Below, piece after piece: positions 47,695-57,605 of a stretch of 64,000 nt of DNA. A program made the position numbers and the translations under genes. Positions within the stretch are counted from its first letter, which is position 1; every line of letters begins with the position of its first letter. The notes below the pieces were generated by a model. The model searched no databases, had not been told where the DNA came from, and saw only the letters and a program-made list of their open reading frames with translations. This DNA is from Planctomycetota bacterium (lineage in GTDB: Bacteria; Planctomycetota; PLA2; JAEUHO01): contig CBDCWP010000024.1 of the NCBI GenBank assembly GCA_965223505.1, positions 95,094-159,093 on the forward strand, written 5' to 3'.

Positions 47695-50600
47695 GTGCGC
47701 GTCGTCTGGATCGGGATCGTGGTTGCGCTGGCGGCCGTCGCCGTCTGGTGGCTCGGCAGCGGCTCGACTGCCGGCGTCGACGACGATGTCGCTCGCGACG
47801 ACGGAGCGAACGAGACGGCGCGGGCCGGACTCGAAGGACGCGCGGACCCGCTCGTCGCCGACGCCGAAACCGCAACCGGCCCCGGGTCGGAAGCGGTTCG
47901 TGGGATCGTCGAGGACCTGGACGGCAATCCGCTCCCCGGCATGCGCGTCGAGCTTCATCGTCACATCGATCGCACCTTCTTGGAGGACCGCGCGGGCGCC
48001 TGGTTTCGTCCCGACCGCCTGGGGCACCCCGAACCGTACGAGCTTCTGACGACGACCGCGACGGGCGAGGACGGCCAGTTCGCGTTTCCCGGCCTGCCGA
48101 AGAGCGGTGTCGGGTACCAGGTGCGCGTGATCGCGAAGGCGCCCTGGTTCTCCGGCAGGCGTCACGCGAACGTCGGCTGGTACAACCGCTTCCTGCGCAT
48201 TCAGCTCGGCAAGGGCGCGCCGCTTCGCCTGCGCGTCGTCGACGCCGGCGGGCGGGGCCTTCAGGCCTTCGTGTCCGGGTACCGGCAGCGCGAAGGCGCG
48301 GGTTGGTTTCCGGCGAGCTTCGGTGAGATTCGTACGTCTCGCGACGGCCGCGCGTCCGTCGTGTTGCCGGACGGCGTGTTCCAGTGCAGCGTGACCGTGC
48401 CGGGCAAGGTGACGCGCTACGGCGTCATGGTCGAGACGCCCCAGTCGGGCGAGCTGCTCATTCCGGTCGGCATCGAGGGCGGCGCGTCGGTGGAAGGCTC
48501 CATCCGCGACACGTCGGGTGCGCCCGTGGCCGGCGCGCACGTGTACGTCGAGTCGGGCGGGCCGCACGAATCGCTCTCGCTCCTGACCCGGACCGCCGGC
48601 GACGGCAGCTATCGCGTGGACGGACTGCTGCCGATGAGCGTGCAGCGCGTGGCGGTGACCGCCGACGGCTACCTCACGATCGACAACGGCGCGCCCGGGC
48701 TCGCATTGCGACCCGGCCGCACGGCACGCGTGGACCTCACGATGGTGCGCGGCGGCGTGATCGAGGGAACGGTGCGCGGGGCCGACGGCCGCGCCATCGC
48801 GGGCGCACAGGTCCAGGCGCGCGCGGAGCACACGCGACAGGGCTTCGTGGGGATCGATCGCGCCGTCACCGACCGCGACGGCCGGTATCGGATGTCGCAC
48901 GTGCCGTTGGGCGGCGGCCACGTCCTCGCGTCGGCGCTCGGCTACTTCGAACGCGAGACCAAGGGAACCTGGTACGTGATCGACGGCGAGTCGGATCGGA
49001 AGACGATCGACATCACGTTGCTGCGGGGGATTCCCGTCCACGGGCGCGTCGTCGACGCGTACGGCGACCCCGTCGCCCACGCCTCGGTCACCGTCAACGG
49101 TGTCGTGTCGTCGGGCTGGTGGAATCAGGATGCGCGCATGCGCGTCGTCACGACGGACGCGCACGGGCGCTTCGCGTACCCGGGGCTGCCACCCGGCGAC
49201 AGCTGGAAGCTGACGGCCACGACCGCGTCGTCGACGTCCCCGCCGGTGTCCGTACGCACGGCCATGGACACCGAGCCGCCTGCGCCGGTCGAGCTGGTGC
49301 TTCGGAGAACGGCCGTCGTCGAAGGCCGCGTGGCGCTCGAAGCCGATGCATCGCGCCACCGCTTGCGAGCGCATGCGCGGGCCGAGGACGGCGCGAACCA
49401 GACGACGGCCGTCCTCGCGGACGGCACCTTCCGCTTGACCGGCCTCCAACCGGGCGCGTACGAGATCTACGTCGTCGACTGGTACATGGATGCGGTGTCG
49501 GAGAAGCAGGACCTGACCGTCGACTGGGGGCAGGTGGTCAAGGACGTCTCGCTGGACCTGCTCGCGCGGCACGTGATCGCGGGCGTCGTCGTGGACGAGG
49601 ACGGCGAACCGATTCCCGAGCTTCGACTGTCGCTCGACATCAGCACGCCGACGAACGGGCGCTCGCTGTCGGCGGACACCAACCGCCGCGGGCGGTTCGT
49701 CTTCACGAGCGTTCCGGACACGGGATTCTCGTTCACGATCTCGATCGACGACGAGCGCAAGCCGGGTGTGTTCAAGCCTGGCGACACGGACGTTCGGTTG
49801 CAACACCGTTCGCGAAAGCGGTTGCACTTCGAAGGCGAGGTCCATCTGCCCGACGGCTCCCCCGCCGTGTCGGGCAGCGTGACGATCTGGGAGGTCGCGC
49901 CGGCGCGCGGGCCCCATCAGTCCGGGCGTCGCAACGGCCGTGCCGTGCCGGTCTTCAACGGCGCGTTCGGTACGGTGATCGAGCAGCGATCGCCGGACGC
50001 GAGATACCACGCCGAGGTGCGCGAGGTCTTCGACGCGGTCGGGAAGATGATCAGCATCCGGCCCGCCAAGGTCGAGAACGTCGAGCCCGACACGCCGATC
50101 ACGTTCCATCTCGTCGCCGGACACGAGCTGTCTGGCGTCGTCGTCGACGACGAGGGCGCACCGGTGGCCGACGTACGCGTGTCGATCCGGATGAAGGACG
50201 CCGAGACCGACTTCCACCGCAAGAACATGCAGACGCGTCCCGACGGCACGTTCTGGTTCGGATCGATCTCGCCCGGTGCGATCGAGGTCAAGGTCGAGCG
50301 GCTGCGGCCGCCCTGGATCGCGCCGCCGCCCCTGACGGTCGAGGCGGGCGACGAGGACGTGCGCATCACGCTCGTGCGCGGCGGGACCGTTCGCGGCATC
50401 GTGCGCGGGCCGGACGGCAAGCCCGTGCAAGGCGCCGATGTCCGTTGGCACGGGGGCCTGAACACGTCCGTCGGTGCGCAGACGGATGAAGCAGGACGCT
50501 TCGAGCTGTTCCCGATTGCACCGGAGACGGAGAGCTCCGTCACGGTGACCCCGCCGGAGAGCAACCCGCCGATGATGGGCCGGGTCGAACACGGCGTTCG

Positions 50601-51381
50601 CGCCGGCACGGACGATGTCGAGCTGCGACTCGACGTCGGCGCGTACATCGAGGGCGAGATCGCCGGCCCGGACGGAGAGGACGTGCCGCACGTGTGGCTG
50701 TGGGCGCACGCAGCGTCGACGCCGCAACAAGGCGGCTATCACGCACAGGCGCGCGACAAGCGCTTCAAGCTCGGGCCGCTGCCGCCGGGCCGGTATCTCG
50801 TCCGGATGCAAGTGTCGGGCGGCGACTTCGTGGCACCGGACCCGCTCGAGATCGAAGCGCCGGCGAGCGACGTGCGGATCGTCGTCCCGAAGGGGCGCAC
50901 GATCACAGGGACGCTCTCGGGCGCGTCGAACCTGGATCGCTACACGCTGGTGTTCATGCGCCTGACCCCCGACGGCCCGGTCGGGATGGGCGGCGGCGTA
51001 ACCGCGTCCGGTCAGTTCCAGGTGACGCTGAAGGACGATGCGCCCGGCACGCTCTTCGTGATGAGCTACCAGGACGAAGCCGGGCTCTACGCGCTGGCCG
51101 AGAACGTACGTCCGTCCTCGACGCCGTTGACGTTGACGCTGCGGCAAGGCGCGACGATCGAAGGCCGCTTCGACCAATACGAAGCGAGCGAGCAGGGGTA
51201 TGTCTACGTGCAGGCGGCCAACGGCGTGAACGTCGGCGCCACTGCCGCGGAGGACGGTTCCTTCGTCATCCGCAGCCTGCCGCCGGGCGCCTACGACCTG
51301 CATGCGTCGCGCTCGCGTCAGGCGCTTGCCCCCATGCGGGTGAAAGCCGGCACGCGGGACCTCCTGCTCGGAAAGCCCTAG
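47695..51381 (+). CDS. Membrane-anchored protein with many carboxypeptidase-regulatory-like repeats
   Basis: N-terminal TM; about 10 GxVxDxxGxP(V/I)xGAxV...TDxxGxF repeats; GGAGG-N4-GTG start. Confidence 0.88.
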   Translation: MRVVWIGIVVALAAVAVWWLGSGSTAGVDDDVARDDGANETARAGLEGRADPLVADAETATGPGSEAVRGIVEDLDGNPLPGMRVELHRHIDRTFLEDRAGAWFRPDRLGHPEPYELLTTTATGEDGQFAFPGLPKSGVGYQVRVIAKAPWFSGRRHANVGWYNRFLRIQLGKGAPLRLRVVDAGGRGLQAFVSGYRQREGAGWFPASFGEIRTSRDGRASVVLPDGVFQCSVTVPGKVTRYGVMVETPQSGELLIPVGIEGGASVEGSIRDTSGAPVAGAHVYVESGGPHESLSLLTRTAGDGSYRVDGLLPMSVQRVAVTADGYLTIDNGAPGLALRPGRTARVDLTMVRGGVIEGTVRGADGRAIAGAQVQARAEHTRQGFVGIDRAVTDRDGRYRMSHVPLGGGHVLASALGYFERETKGTWYVIDGESDRKTIDITLLRGIPVHGRVVDAYGDPVAHASVTVNGVVSSGWWNQDARMRVVTTDAHGRFAYPGLPPGDSWKLTATTASSTSPPVSVRTAMDTEPPAPVELVLRRTAVVEGRVALEADASRHRLRAHARAEDGANQTTAVLADGTFRLTGLQPGAYEIYVVDWYMDAVSEKQDLTVDWGQVVKDVSLDLLARHVIAGVVVDEDGEPIPELRLSLDISTPTNGRSLSADTNRRGRFVFTSVPDTGFSFTISIDDERKPGVFKPGDTDVRLQHRSRKRLHFEGEVHLPDGSPAVSGSVTIWEVAPARGPHQSGRRNGRAVPVFNGAFGTVIEQRSPDARYHAEVREVFDAVGKMISIRPAKVENVEPDTPITFHLVAGHELSGVVVDDEGAPVADVRVSIRMKDAETDFHRKNMQTRPDGTFWFGSISPGAIEVKVERLRPPWIAPPPLTVEAGDEDVRITLVRGGTVRGIVRGPDGKPVQGADVRWHGGLNTSVGAQTDEAGRFELFPIAPETESSVTVTPPESNPPMMGRVEHGVRAGTDDVELRLDVGAYIEGEIAGPDGEDVPHVWLWAHAASTPQQGGYHAQARDKRFKLGPLPPGRYLVRMQVSGGDFVAPDPLEIEAPASDVRIVVPKGRTITGTLSGASNLDRYTLVFMRLTPDGPVGMGGGVTASGQFQVTLKDDAPGTLFVMSYQDEAGLYALAENVRPSSTPLTLTLRQGATIEGRFDQYEASEQGYVYVQAANGVNVGATAAEDGSFVIRSLPPGAYDLHASRSRQALAPMRVKAGTRDLLLGKP

Positions 51382-51481
51382 CCGCCGGCTCGTCCCTCGG
51401 GAGGGGGTCGTGGGCCTCGATTTTTAGTTGACCCTTTCGTTAACTATTGTTATCCCATGCGCCCCACACGAGAGGTGCCTC

Positions 51482-51925
51482 ATGAGCGCTCAACCCATCC
51501 CCGAGGGCTATCACACGATCACGCCCTATCTGATCGTCGACGACATCAAGGAGCTGCTGGCGTTCCTGCAGGCGGCGTTCGACGCCGATGTAACCGAGAG
51601 GATCGAGATGCCGGACGGCTCGGTCTCACACGCCGAGGCGCGCATCGGCGACTCGCGCGTGATGATGGGACAGGCGCGCGACGAGTGGAAAGCGCAGTCC
51701 GCGATGCTGTACCTCTACGTCGAAGACGCCGACGCGACCTACCAGCGTGCACTCGAAGCCGGCGCGGTCTCCGTGCAGGAGCCCCACGACGAGTTCTACG
51801 GCGACCGCAACGCCGGTGTGAAGGGCCCCCAGGGCAACCACTGGTGGATCGCGACGCACATCGAGGACGTGTCGTCGGAGGAGATCGCCCGCCGCGCGGC
51901 GCAGCTTGGTGCGCCGGCCGAGTGA
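51482..51925 (+). CDS. VOC/PhnB-like glyoxalase-family protein
   Basis: IPEGYHTITPYL, HAEARIGDS, EFYGDR motifs. Confidence 0.9.
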   Translation: MSAQPIPEGYHTITPYLIVDDIKELLAFLQAAFDADVTERIEMPDGSVSHAEARIGDSRVMMGQARDEWKAQSAMLYLYVEDADATYQRALEAGAVSVQEPHDEFYGDRNAGVKGPQGNHWWIATHIEDVSSEEIARRAAQLGAPAE

Positions 51926-52263
51926 AAGCGCCCTCGCTCGATGACGCGCTGAGCGCGCTGGCCGATCCGACGCGGCGCGGTGTCGTCGACCTGCTGCGCC
52001 GGCGCCCGCACACCGCCGGAGAGCTGGCAAAGCGGCTGCGGAAGTCGCCGCCGGCGCTGAGCCGCCATCTGCGCGCGCTGCGAACCGCGGGTCTCACCAC
52101 GGAACGGCGCAGCGAAGAGGACGCCCGCGTGCACGTGATTCGCCTGCGCCGCCGGCCGTTCGTCTCGCTGCAAGCCTGGCTCGATCAGGTGCACGCGTTC
52201 TGGAGCGATCAGCTGCAGTCCTTCAAGGCCCACGCAGAGCGCAAGGCGCGCACGTCGCGATGA
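51922..52263 (+). CDS. ArsR-family transcriptional regulator
   Basis: ALADPTRR...AGELA...LSRHLRALR; GTGA overlap with the upstream gene. Confidence 0.9.
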   Translation: MKAPSLDDALSALADPTRRGVVDLLRRRPHTAGELAKRLRKSPPALSRHLRALRTAGLTTERRSEEDARVHVIRLRRRPFVSLQAWLDQVHAFWSDQLQSFKAHAERKARTSR

Positions 52264-52736
52264 GCACGCCGGACCGGATCCGCACGTCGGTGCAGGTCGC
52301 CGTCGATCCCTTGACCGCGTTCGAGGTCTTCACGGACGACATCGACACGTGGTGGAAGCGAACGCCCATGTTTCGCTTCCGTCCCGGCGTCGATGCCACG
52401 ATGCGCCTGAACCGGGACCGGTTCGTCGCGATCTTCGACGCGGCGACGGGCGCCGCGCACGAGATCGGCAAGGTGCTCGTGTGGGAGCCGGGGGAGCGAC
52501 TCGTGTTCGAGTGGCGCTTGACCAACTTCGCGCCCGACGAGGTCACCGAGGTGGAGGTTCGCTTCGCCGCGACGCCGGGCGGCACCGAGGTCACGCTCGA
52601 GCACCGCGGCTGGGGCGCACTGCGCCCGGACCATCCGGCCCGCCACGGCCTCGACGACGCGCGCTACGCGCCGTTGCTCGGACAGATGTGGTTGGAGGTC
52701 TTGCGCGCCTACCGCGGCGCCGCCACCTCGATGTGA
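52260..52736 (+). CDS. SRPBCC (AHSA1-like) domain protein
   Basis: AFEVFT...WW, WEPG.RL...W, TEVEVRF, LEHRGW motifs; typical ArsR partner. Confidence 0.88.
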   Translation: MSTPDRIRTSVQVAVDPLTAFEVFTDDIDTWWKRTPMFRFRPGVDATMRLNRDRFVAIFDAATGAAHEIGKVLVWEPGERLVFEWRLTNFAPDEVTEVEVRFAATPGGTEVTLEHRGWGALRPDHPARHGLDDARYAPLLGQMWLEVLRAYRGAATSM

Positions 52737-53014
52737 GCGACCCGGTCGTCGAAGTCGATCATGAGCGCCTGCGCGGCCGGCTCGACCACGGCCCTTTCGA
52801 TGTCGTCGCCCGCGAACGCGCGAATCGCGTCGAGCGAGTCCCACCAGGTCACGACCAGGAACTCGACCGCGCCCTCGACGGGCCGGCGGAACACCTCCGC
52901 GCGAACGTGCCCGTCGAGCGCTCGCAGGTGCGGGAACACGTCGTCCTCGAGGTGCCGCACGTAGGCGTCGGCGCCGTCCGCGCGCGCCAGGCCTCGCCAC
53001 ATGCGCGCGATCAC
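52709..53014 (-). CDS. Antibiotic-biosynthesis-monooxygenase-like dimeric barrel protein
   Basis: IARMWRG...EFLVVTWWDSLDAIRAFAG; GTGA overlap with the decarboxylase stop. Confidence 0.8.
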   Translation of the reverse strand: MIARMWRGLARADGADAYVRHLEDDVFPHLRALDGHVRAEVFRRPVEGAVEFLVVTWWDSLDAIRAFAGDDIERAVVEPAAQALMIDFDDRVAHIEVAAPR

Positions 53015-54420
53015 GAGCGCGCGTCCCCGAGGCGCTGCACGGCTTCGATGGCGAGGTCGATGTCGTCGTCTCGCGTGCGGTGATTGACGATGCACGCGCG
53101 CAAGGCGAACCGGCCGTTCACGTGCGTGTGTGTGAGCATGCACACGCCGCTCTCCTGGATGTCCATGAGCAGCTCCGCGTTGAAGGCGTCGAGCGCCTCA
53201 TCGGAGAGACGCGGCACGACGTAGCGAAAGCACACGATGTTGAGGGGAACGGGCGCCATCCGCTCCAGCTGCGGCGCCGCATCCACGAGCGCGGCCATGT
53301 GTCTCGCCTGCGCGACGTTCTTCTCGAAGATCGCGCCGTAGGCGCGGGTACCGGTCGCCTTGAGCATCATCCAGATCTTCAGGGCCCAGAACGGCCGGGA
53401 GAGGTCGGGGCTCAGGTCGCGCCACACGACGGGCCCCGCGCTCAAACCCCGTGCGAGCTGCGTGACGTACGCGCCCTTCGCGCCGAACACGTCGGCGTGC
53501 GCTGCGCCGTCCTTGATCAGCACGGCGCCCGCCGAGAACGGGACGTTCAGCCACTTGTGATAGTCGAACGCGACCGAGTCGGCGCGCTCGACGCCGCGCA
53601 TCAACGGCGCCAGATTCACGGAATAGCGCAGCGGCGCGCCGATCGCGGCGTCGACGTGGAGCCACAACCCCTCCGCCTCGCAGAAGTCCGCGAGGTCCTC
53701 GAGCGGGTCGAACGCGCCCGTGTTCACGGTGCCGGTCGACGCGATCACCGCGGTGGGCGCACGTCCGGCCGCGCGGTCCGCTCGAACGGCCGCGCGCAGG
53801 GCCGCCACGTCGAGTTCGAACTCGTCGTCGACCGCCACGGCGCGAAGCGCCGAGCGCTCGAGCCCCAAGAGGTGCAACGCCTTCGCCATCGCGTAATGCA
53901 CCTCGACCGAGGCATACACGACCGGCGGCCGGCCCGGAGCGCGATCGCGCGTGGCGACGGCGAGCGCAACCAGGCTCGCGACCGAGGCGCCCGTGACGAG
54001 CACGCCGGTCGCGGTCTTCGGGAAGCCGAGCATGTCCTTCGCCCAGTCGAGGACTTGGAGCTCCACCCAGGTCGGCGACTGGTTGCCGCCGATGCCGAGG
54101 CAGTTGAGCGTTCCGGTGAGAAGCTCGGCCAAGGCGCCGAAGCGCGTCCCCGCGCCGGTCACGTAGCCCCACCAGCGCGGGTGCGCGTTGCCGGCGATGT
54201 ACGGACGGATGTTCTCGAGCACCTCTTCGTAGACCGCCTCGGCGCCGACGCCGTGTTCCGGCAGCGAGCCCTCGAAACGACGAGCGACGTCGTCGGGAAC
54301 GGGCTGCCACGCGGGCCGCGCGCCGGGGTCCTTCATCCAGTCGAGCGCGTCGTCGAGACAGCGGTGCGCGAGTGCGCGAAACGCGTCGTCGTCGAGCGTG
54401 TCCAGCGTTTCGCGCGTCAT
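53011..54420 (-). CDS. Group II PLP-dependent amino-acid decarboxylase
   Basis: HPRWWGY, GTVNTGAFD, WLHVDAA, DYHKW (PLP Lys) motifs. Confidence 0.92.
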   Translation of the reverse strand: MTRETLDTLDDDAFRALAHRCLDDALDWMKDPGARPAWQPVPDDVARRFEGSLPEHGVGAEAVYEEVLENIRPYIAGNAHPRWWGYVTGAGTRFGALAELLTGTLNCLGIGGNQSPTWVELQVLDWAKDMLGFPKTATGVLVTGASVASLVALAVATRDRAPGRPPVVYASVEVHYAMAKALHLLGLERSALRAVAVDDEFELDVAALRAAVRADRAAGRAPTAVIASTGTVNTGAFDPLEDLADFCEAEGLWLHVDAAIGAPLRYSVNLAPLMRGVERADSVAFDYHKWLNVPFSAGAVLIKDGAAHADVFGAKGAYVTQLARGLSAGPVVWRDLSPDLSRPFWALKIWMMLKATGTRAYGAIFEKNVAQARHMAALVDAAPQLERMAPVPLNIVCFRYVVPRLSDEALDAFNAELLMDIQESGVCMLTHTHVNGRFALRACIVNHRTRDDDIDLAIEAVQRLGDARS

Positions 54421-55742
54421 TCGTCGAGGTATGCGAGCGGGTCCCTGGCGACGCGTTCGACGACGTCGCAGAAGATCTCGCATTCCTCGAGGGTGTTGTA
54501 GAGGTACACCGACGCGCGCAGGTTGTTCCTCGCGCTGCCGAGCCGGTCGAAGCGGTGGTGCAGGTACGCGTTCAGGCAGAACATGCCCTTGCGCAACATG
54601 ATGTTCGACTCGTCGTCCGCCATCCGCTCGATGGCGTCGATGACCGCGCTGGTGCCGGACGTCATCGTCAGGATCCCGCCGCGTTTCCGCGGGTCCTCGG
54701 GGCCCAACAGCCAGAAGTGCTCGCTCACGAGCGGCGCCAACCGCTCCGTCATGTAGGTGTTGAGCACGAGCTCGTGCGCCCGAATCGCGTCGAGCCCGAC
54801 TGTCTTCGTGACGTAGTCGATGGCGGCTTTCGTCGCCGCGATGCCGGCGTAGTCCTGCAAGCCGGCCTCGAACCGTCCGGGCGGCGGTTTGTACTCGACG
54901 CGATCGAGCCACGTGTCGGCGATCGTGTCGCCGCCGACCACGAACGGCCGCAGAGCCTCCAGCCGATCGAAGCGCCCGTAGAGAACGCCCATCCCGGACG
55001 GCCCGCACATCTTGTGGATCGAGAACGCGAGGAAGTCGACGCCGAGCTCGCGCACGCTCACCTTGCGGTGCGGAACGCTTTGCGCGGCGTCCAACACGAG
55101 CACACCACCGACGTCGTGCACCTTGCGCGCGACCGCCTGGAGGTCCTCGGTGGCGATGCAGGTGCCGTCGAGGTTGCTCGCGTGCCCGAGCGCGACCACC
55201 TTGGTGTTCGACGTGATCGCATCCAGCGCGTTGCGCACGTTGAACGAGCCGTCGTCGTCGAGGTCGAAGTAGCGCCGCACGGTCAGGTTCGGGTCGCCGG
55301 CGCGCTCCCGCAGCGAGCGCTCCACTTCGAGCCACGGCACCAGGTTGCTGTTGTGCTCGCGCTCCGATCCCAGCACCTCGTCGCCGGGCTCGAGGGCGAG
55401 TCCGTGCGCGACGATGTTGATGGACTCCGACGCGTTCTTCGTCCAGACGATCTCGTCGACAAGGTCCGCGCCGAGCAGGTCGCGCACGCTCTCCCGCGCG
55501 GCGCTCTCCTTCTCCTGCAGCTCCGCGAGAAACCAGTTGTGCGGGTTCCTCGCGCCGGCCGTTCGTCCCCCGCCGCACGTCGGGTACTGCTCGTAGTACT
55601 CGGTGATGGCGTCGATGACCGGACGCGGCCGGAGCGTCATGCACGTGTTGTTGAAGTAGATCGGCGGCTTGCCGTTGCGCAGGCGCGACAGCGCCGGGAA
55701 ATCGGCGCGCAAGGCGGTGAGATCGGCGGATCCGACGGACAT
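54417..55742 (-). CDS. Class V aminotransferase / cysteine-desulfurase-like enzyme
   Basis: EHNSN, DAAQS, SIHKM (PLP Lys), FEAG, RKGMFC, RASVYLYNT motifs. Confidence 0.88.
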   Translation of the reverse strand: MSVGSADLTALRADFPALSRLRNGKPPIYFNNTCMTLRPRPVIDAITEYYEQYPTCGGGRTAGARNPHNWFLAELQEKESAARESVRDLLGADLVDEIVWTKNASESINIVAHGLALEPGDEVLGSEREHNSNLVPWLEVERSLRERAGDPNLTVRRYFDLDDDGSFNVRNALDAITSNTKVVALGHASNLDGTCIATEDLQAVARKVHDVGGVLVLDAAQSVPHRKVSVRELGVDFLAFSIHKMCGPSGMGVLYGRFDRLEALRPFVVGGDTIADTWLDRVEYKPPPGRFEAGLQDYAGIAATKAAIDYVTKTVGLDAIRAHELVLNTYMTERLAPLVSEHFWLLGPEDPRKRGGILTMTSGTSAVIDAIERMADDESNIMLRKGMFCLNAYLHHRFDRLGSARNNLRASVYLYNTLEECEIFCDVVERVARDPLAYLDE

Positions 55743-55819
55743 CGCGCGCCAGGATAGCGGGCTTTGGACACCGCCGCCCGCCGGACCCGGCGCCGCGCCC
55801 GGCGAGTATCCTGTGGGCG

Positions 55820-57559
55820 ATGCGCTTCCCCCTTCGACGAACGCGGTACGGGCTCCTCGCACTCCTGTTTCTGTGCGCTGCGGGCACGCCGGCCACGGCC
55901 GCGCCGAGGCCGGACGTCGCGGTCCCGGTCGGCATCCCGATCCAGCTCGACGGCCGCGCCGCGAAGGCCGAGTGGGACGACGCGCTCGCCATGCCCCTCG
56001 GCGACGACGAGGCCGTCCTGCGCCTCAAGCAATTCCGCGGCATGGCCATGATCGCGTTCGAGGCGAACGAGCCGTGGGAGGTCGGGTCGCAGATCTCGAT
56101 CTACGTCACCCCGCACGACGCGAAGAACGGATGGCTCTCCCCGGGCGGCGTGTGGATCAACTTCGAGCCGATCCAGCACGACCGCTCGCACCTCATCGTC
56201 CGGCGTCAGCTCGATACGCACGAAGAGCGCGTGTGGGACCAGGTCGTCGCGCGCGCCGCGTTCACGCCGACGAGCAGCATGATCGAGCTGGCCTTCGGGC
56301 TGGACCTGCTCGGACTGGGGCCGGCGCCGGGCGCGAAGGTGCGCATGGCCGCGCAGTGGATTCGACCCGGCGGAGCGACGCGTTCACCGACCTATCCCGC
56401 CGGGCTCGATCTCGGCGCGCGCGTCGGCACGCCCCCGCCCGACCTCGGCTCCGCCGCGAATTGGGCGGTGTTGCACGGATGGACCGGTGTCGGCGGGCCG
56501 GGCGCGATCGATCGGATCGAGTGGACGCGCCTTCTGGACGAAGCCAAGGAGATCATGCATCGCGCGATGCGCGCCTACGGAACGGTCGGCGAGCACGAAG
56601 AAGAGCAGACGAAGATCCGCAAGGTCGACGCGCGCATCCACGACGACGTGCTGGCGAATTTCGCCTGGATCGCGGAGCGCGAACCTCTTGCCCCGGTCGA
56701 CCACTTCACGATCGCGAAGGCGTACCGGTTCCTGAATCGCTACGACGAAGCGCTGGCGATCCTGCGGGTGCTCGCGACCGGCAAGCGCACGAGCATCACC
56801 GGGCAGGTCGAGTACGAGCTGGCGCGCACGCTCGAGTCGGCGGAGTCGTTCGAGGAGGCCGACGCCGCGTGGCGCGCCGTGGCGCGCGCCAACCCGAGAT
56901 TCGCGGATGCGTACATCAAGCGCGCGGAGGCGGCGGCGGCGGCGGCGGCGGCGCTGGAGAAGGAACGCGCCGCGCGCGAGGCCGACGACGAACGCGGCGA
57001 TCTGCCGGAGGTTCTGCTGCAGACGTCGCGGGGCGCGATCGTGATCCGGCTGTACGCCAAGGACGTTCCCTACTCCGTCAAGCACTTCCTCGAGCTCGCG
57101 CGCTCGGGCTTCTACGACGGCACCCTCTTTCACCGCGTGATCTCGCAGTTCATGGCCCAGGGCGGCGACCCGAAGAGCCGCGAGGACTGCGCGCTGGCCG
57201 GATCGGGCGCGTCGCCCCACATGATCTCGCCCGAGAAGAACGAACGGCACACGTTCTTCGCGGGCGCCGTCGGGTTCGCCCGATCGCCGCGCGACCCGCG
57301 CACGGGCAGCCAGTTCTTCATCATGACCGCGCCCAAGCCGGCCCTGAGCGAGCAGGACTACGTGTGCTTCGGACACGTCATCAGCGGCATGGACGTCGCC
57401 AAGCGCCTCGAGCACTGCGACCGGCTGATCTCGGCCCGCGTGGTGCTCGATGGGGTCACGGACGACGATGCGGCGGACGGCGGCGCGGACGGCGATTCCC
57501 CGCAGGACGACCCGAAGAAGGACGACGGGCAGGCGGATGGGTCGAAAGACGGCAAATAG
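55820..57559 (+). CDS. Secreted multidomain cyclophilin PPIase (beta-rich N-terminus, TPR, cyclophilin)
   Basis: Signal peptide; TPR-like helices; FYDGTLFHRVISQFMAQGGDP, GSQFFI, FGHVISGMD motifs. Confidence 0.88.
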   Translation: MRFPLRRTRYGLLALLFLCAAGTPATAAPRPDVAVPVGIPIQLDGRAAKAEWDDALAMPLGDDEAVLRLKQFRGMAMIAFEANEPWEVGSQISIYVTPHDAKNGWLSPGGVWINFEPIQHDRSHLIVRRQLDTHEERVWDQVVARAAFTPTSSMIELAFGLDLLGLGPAPGAKVRMAAQWIRPGGATRSPTYPAGLDLGARVGTPPPDLGSAANWAVLHGWTGVGGPGAIDRIEWTRLLDEAKEIMHRAMRAYGTVGEHEEEQTKIRKVDARIHDDVLANFAWIAEREPLAPVDHFTIAKAYRFLNRYDEALAILRVLATGKRTSITGQVEYELARTLESAESFEEADAAWRAVARANPRFADAYIKRAEAAAAAAAALEKERAAREADDERGDLPEVLLQTSRGAIVIRLYAKDVPYSVKHFLELARSGFYDGTLFHRVISQFMAQGGDPKSREDCALAGSGASPHMISPEKNERHTFFAGAVGFARSPRDPRTGSQFFIMTAPKPALSEQDYVCFGHVISGMDVAKRLEHCDRLISARVVLDGVTDDDAADGGADGDSPQDDPKKDDGQADGSKDGK

Positions 57560-57605
57560 CGGCGACATCCCGCGGCAGGCGCGCCGGGCGGACGTTTGCA
57601 GGGGG

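Noticed and set aside
53011..56049. 1012-aa decarboxylase fusion as given in the ORF track
   Set aside because: The upstream part is an alternate frame of the desulfurase-like gene; the real start is ATG 54420.
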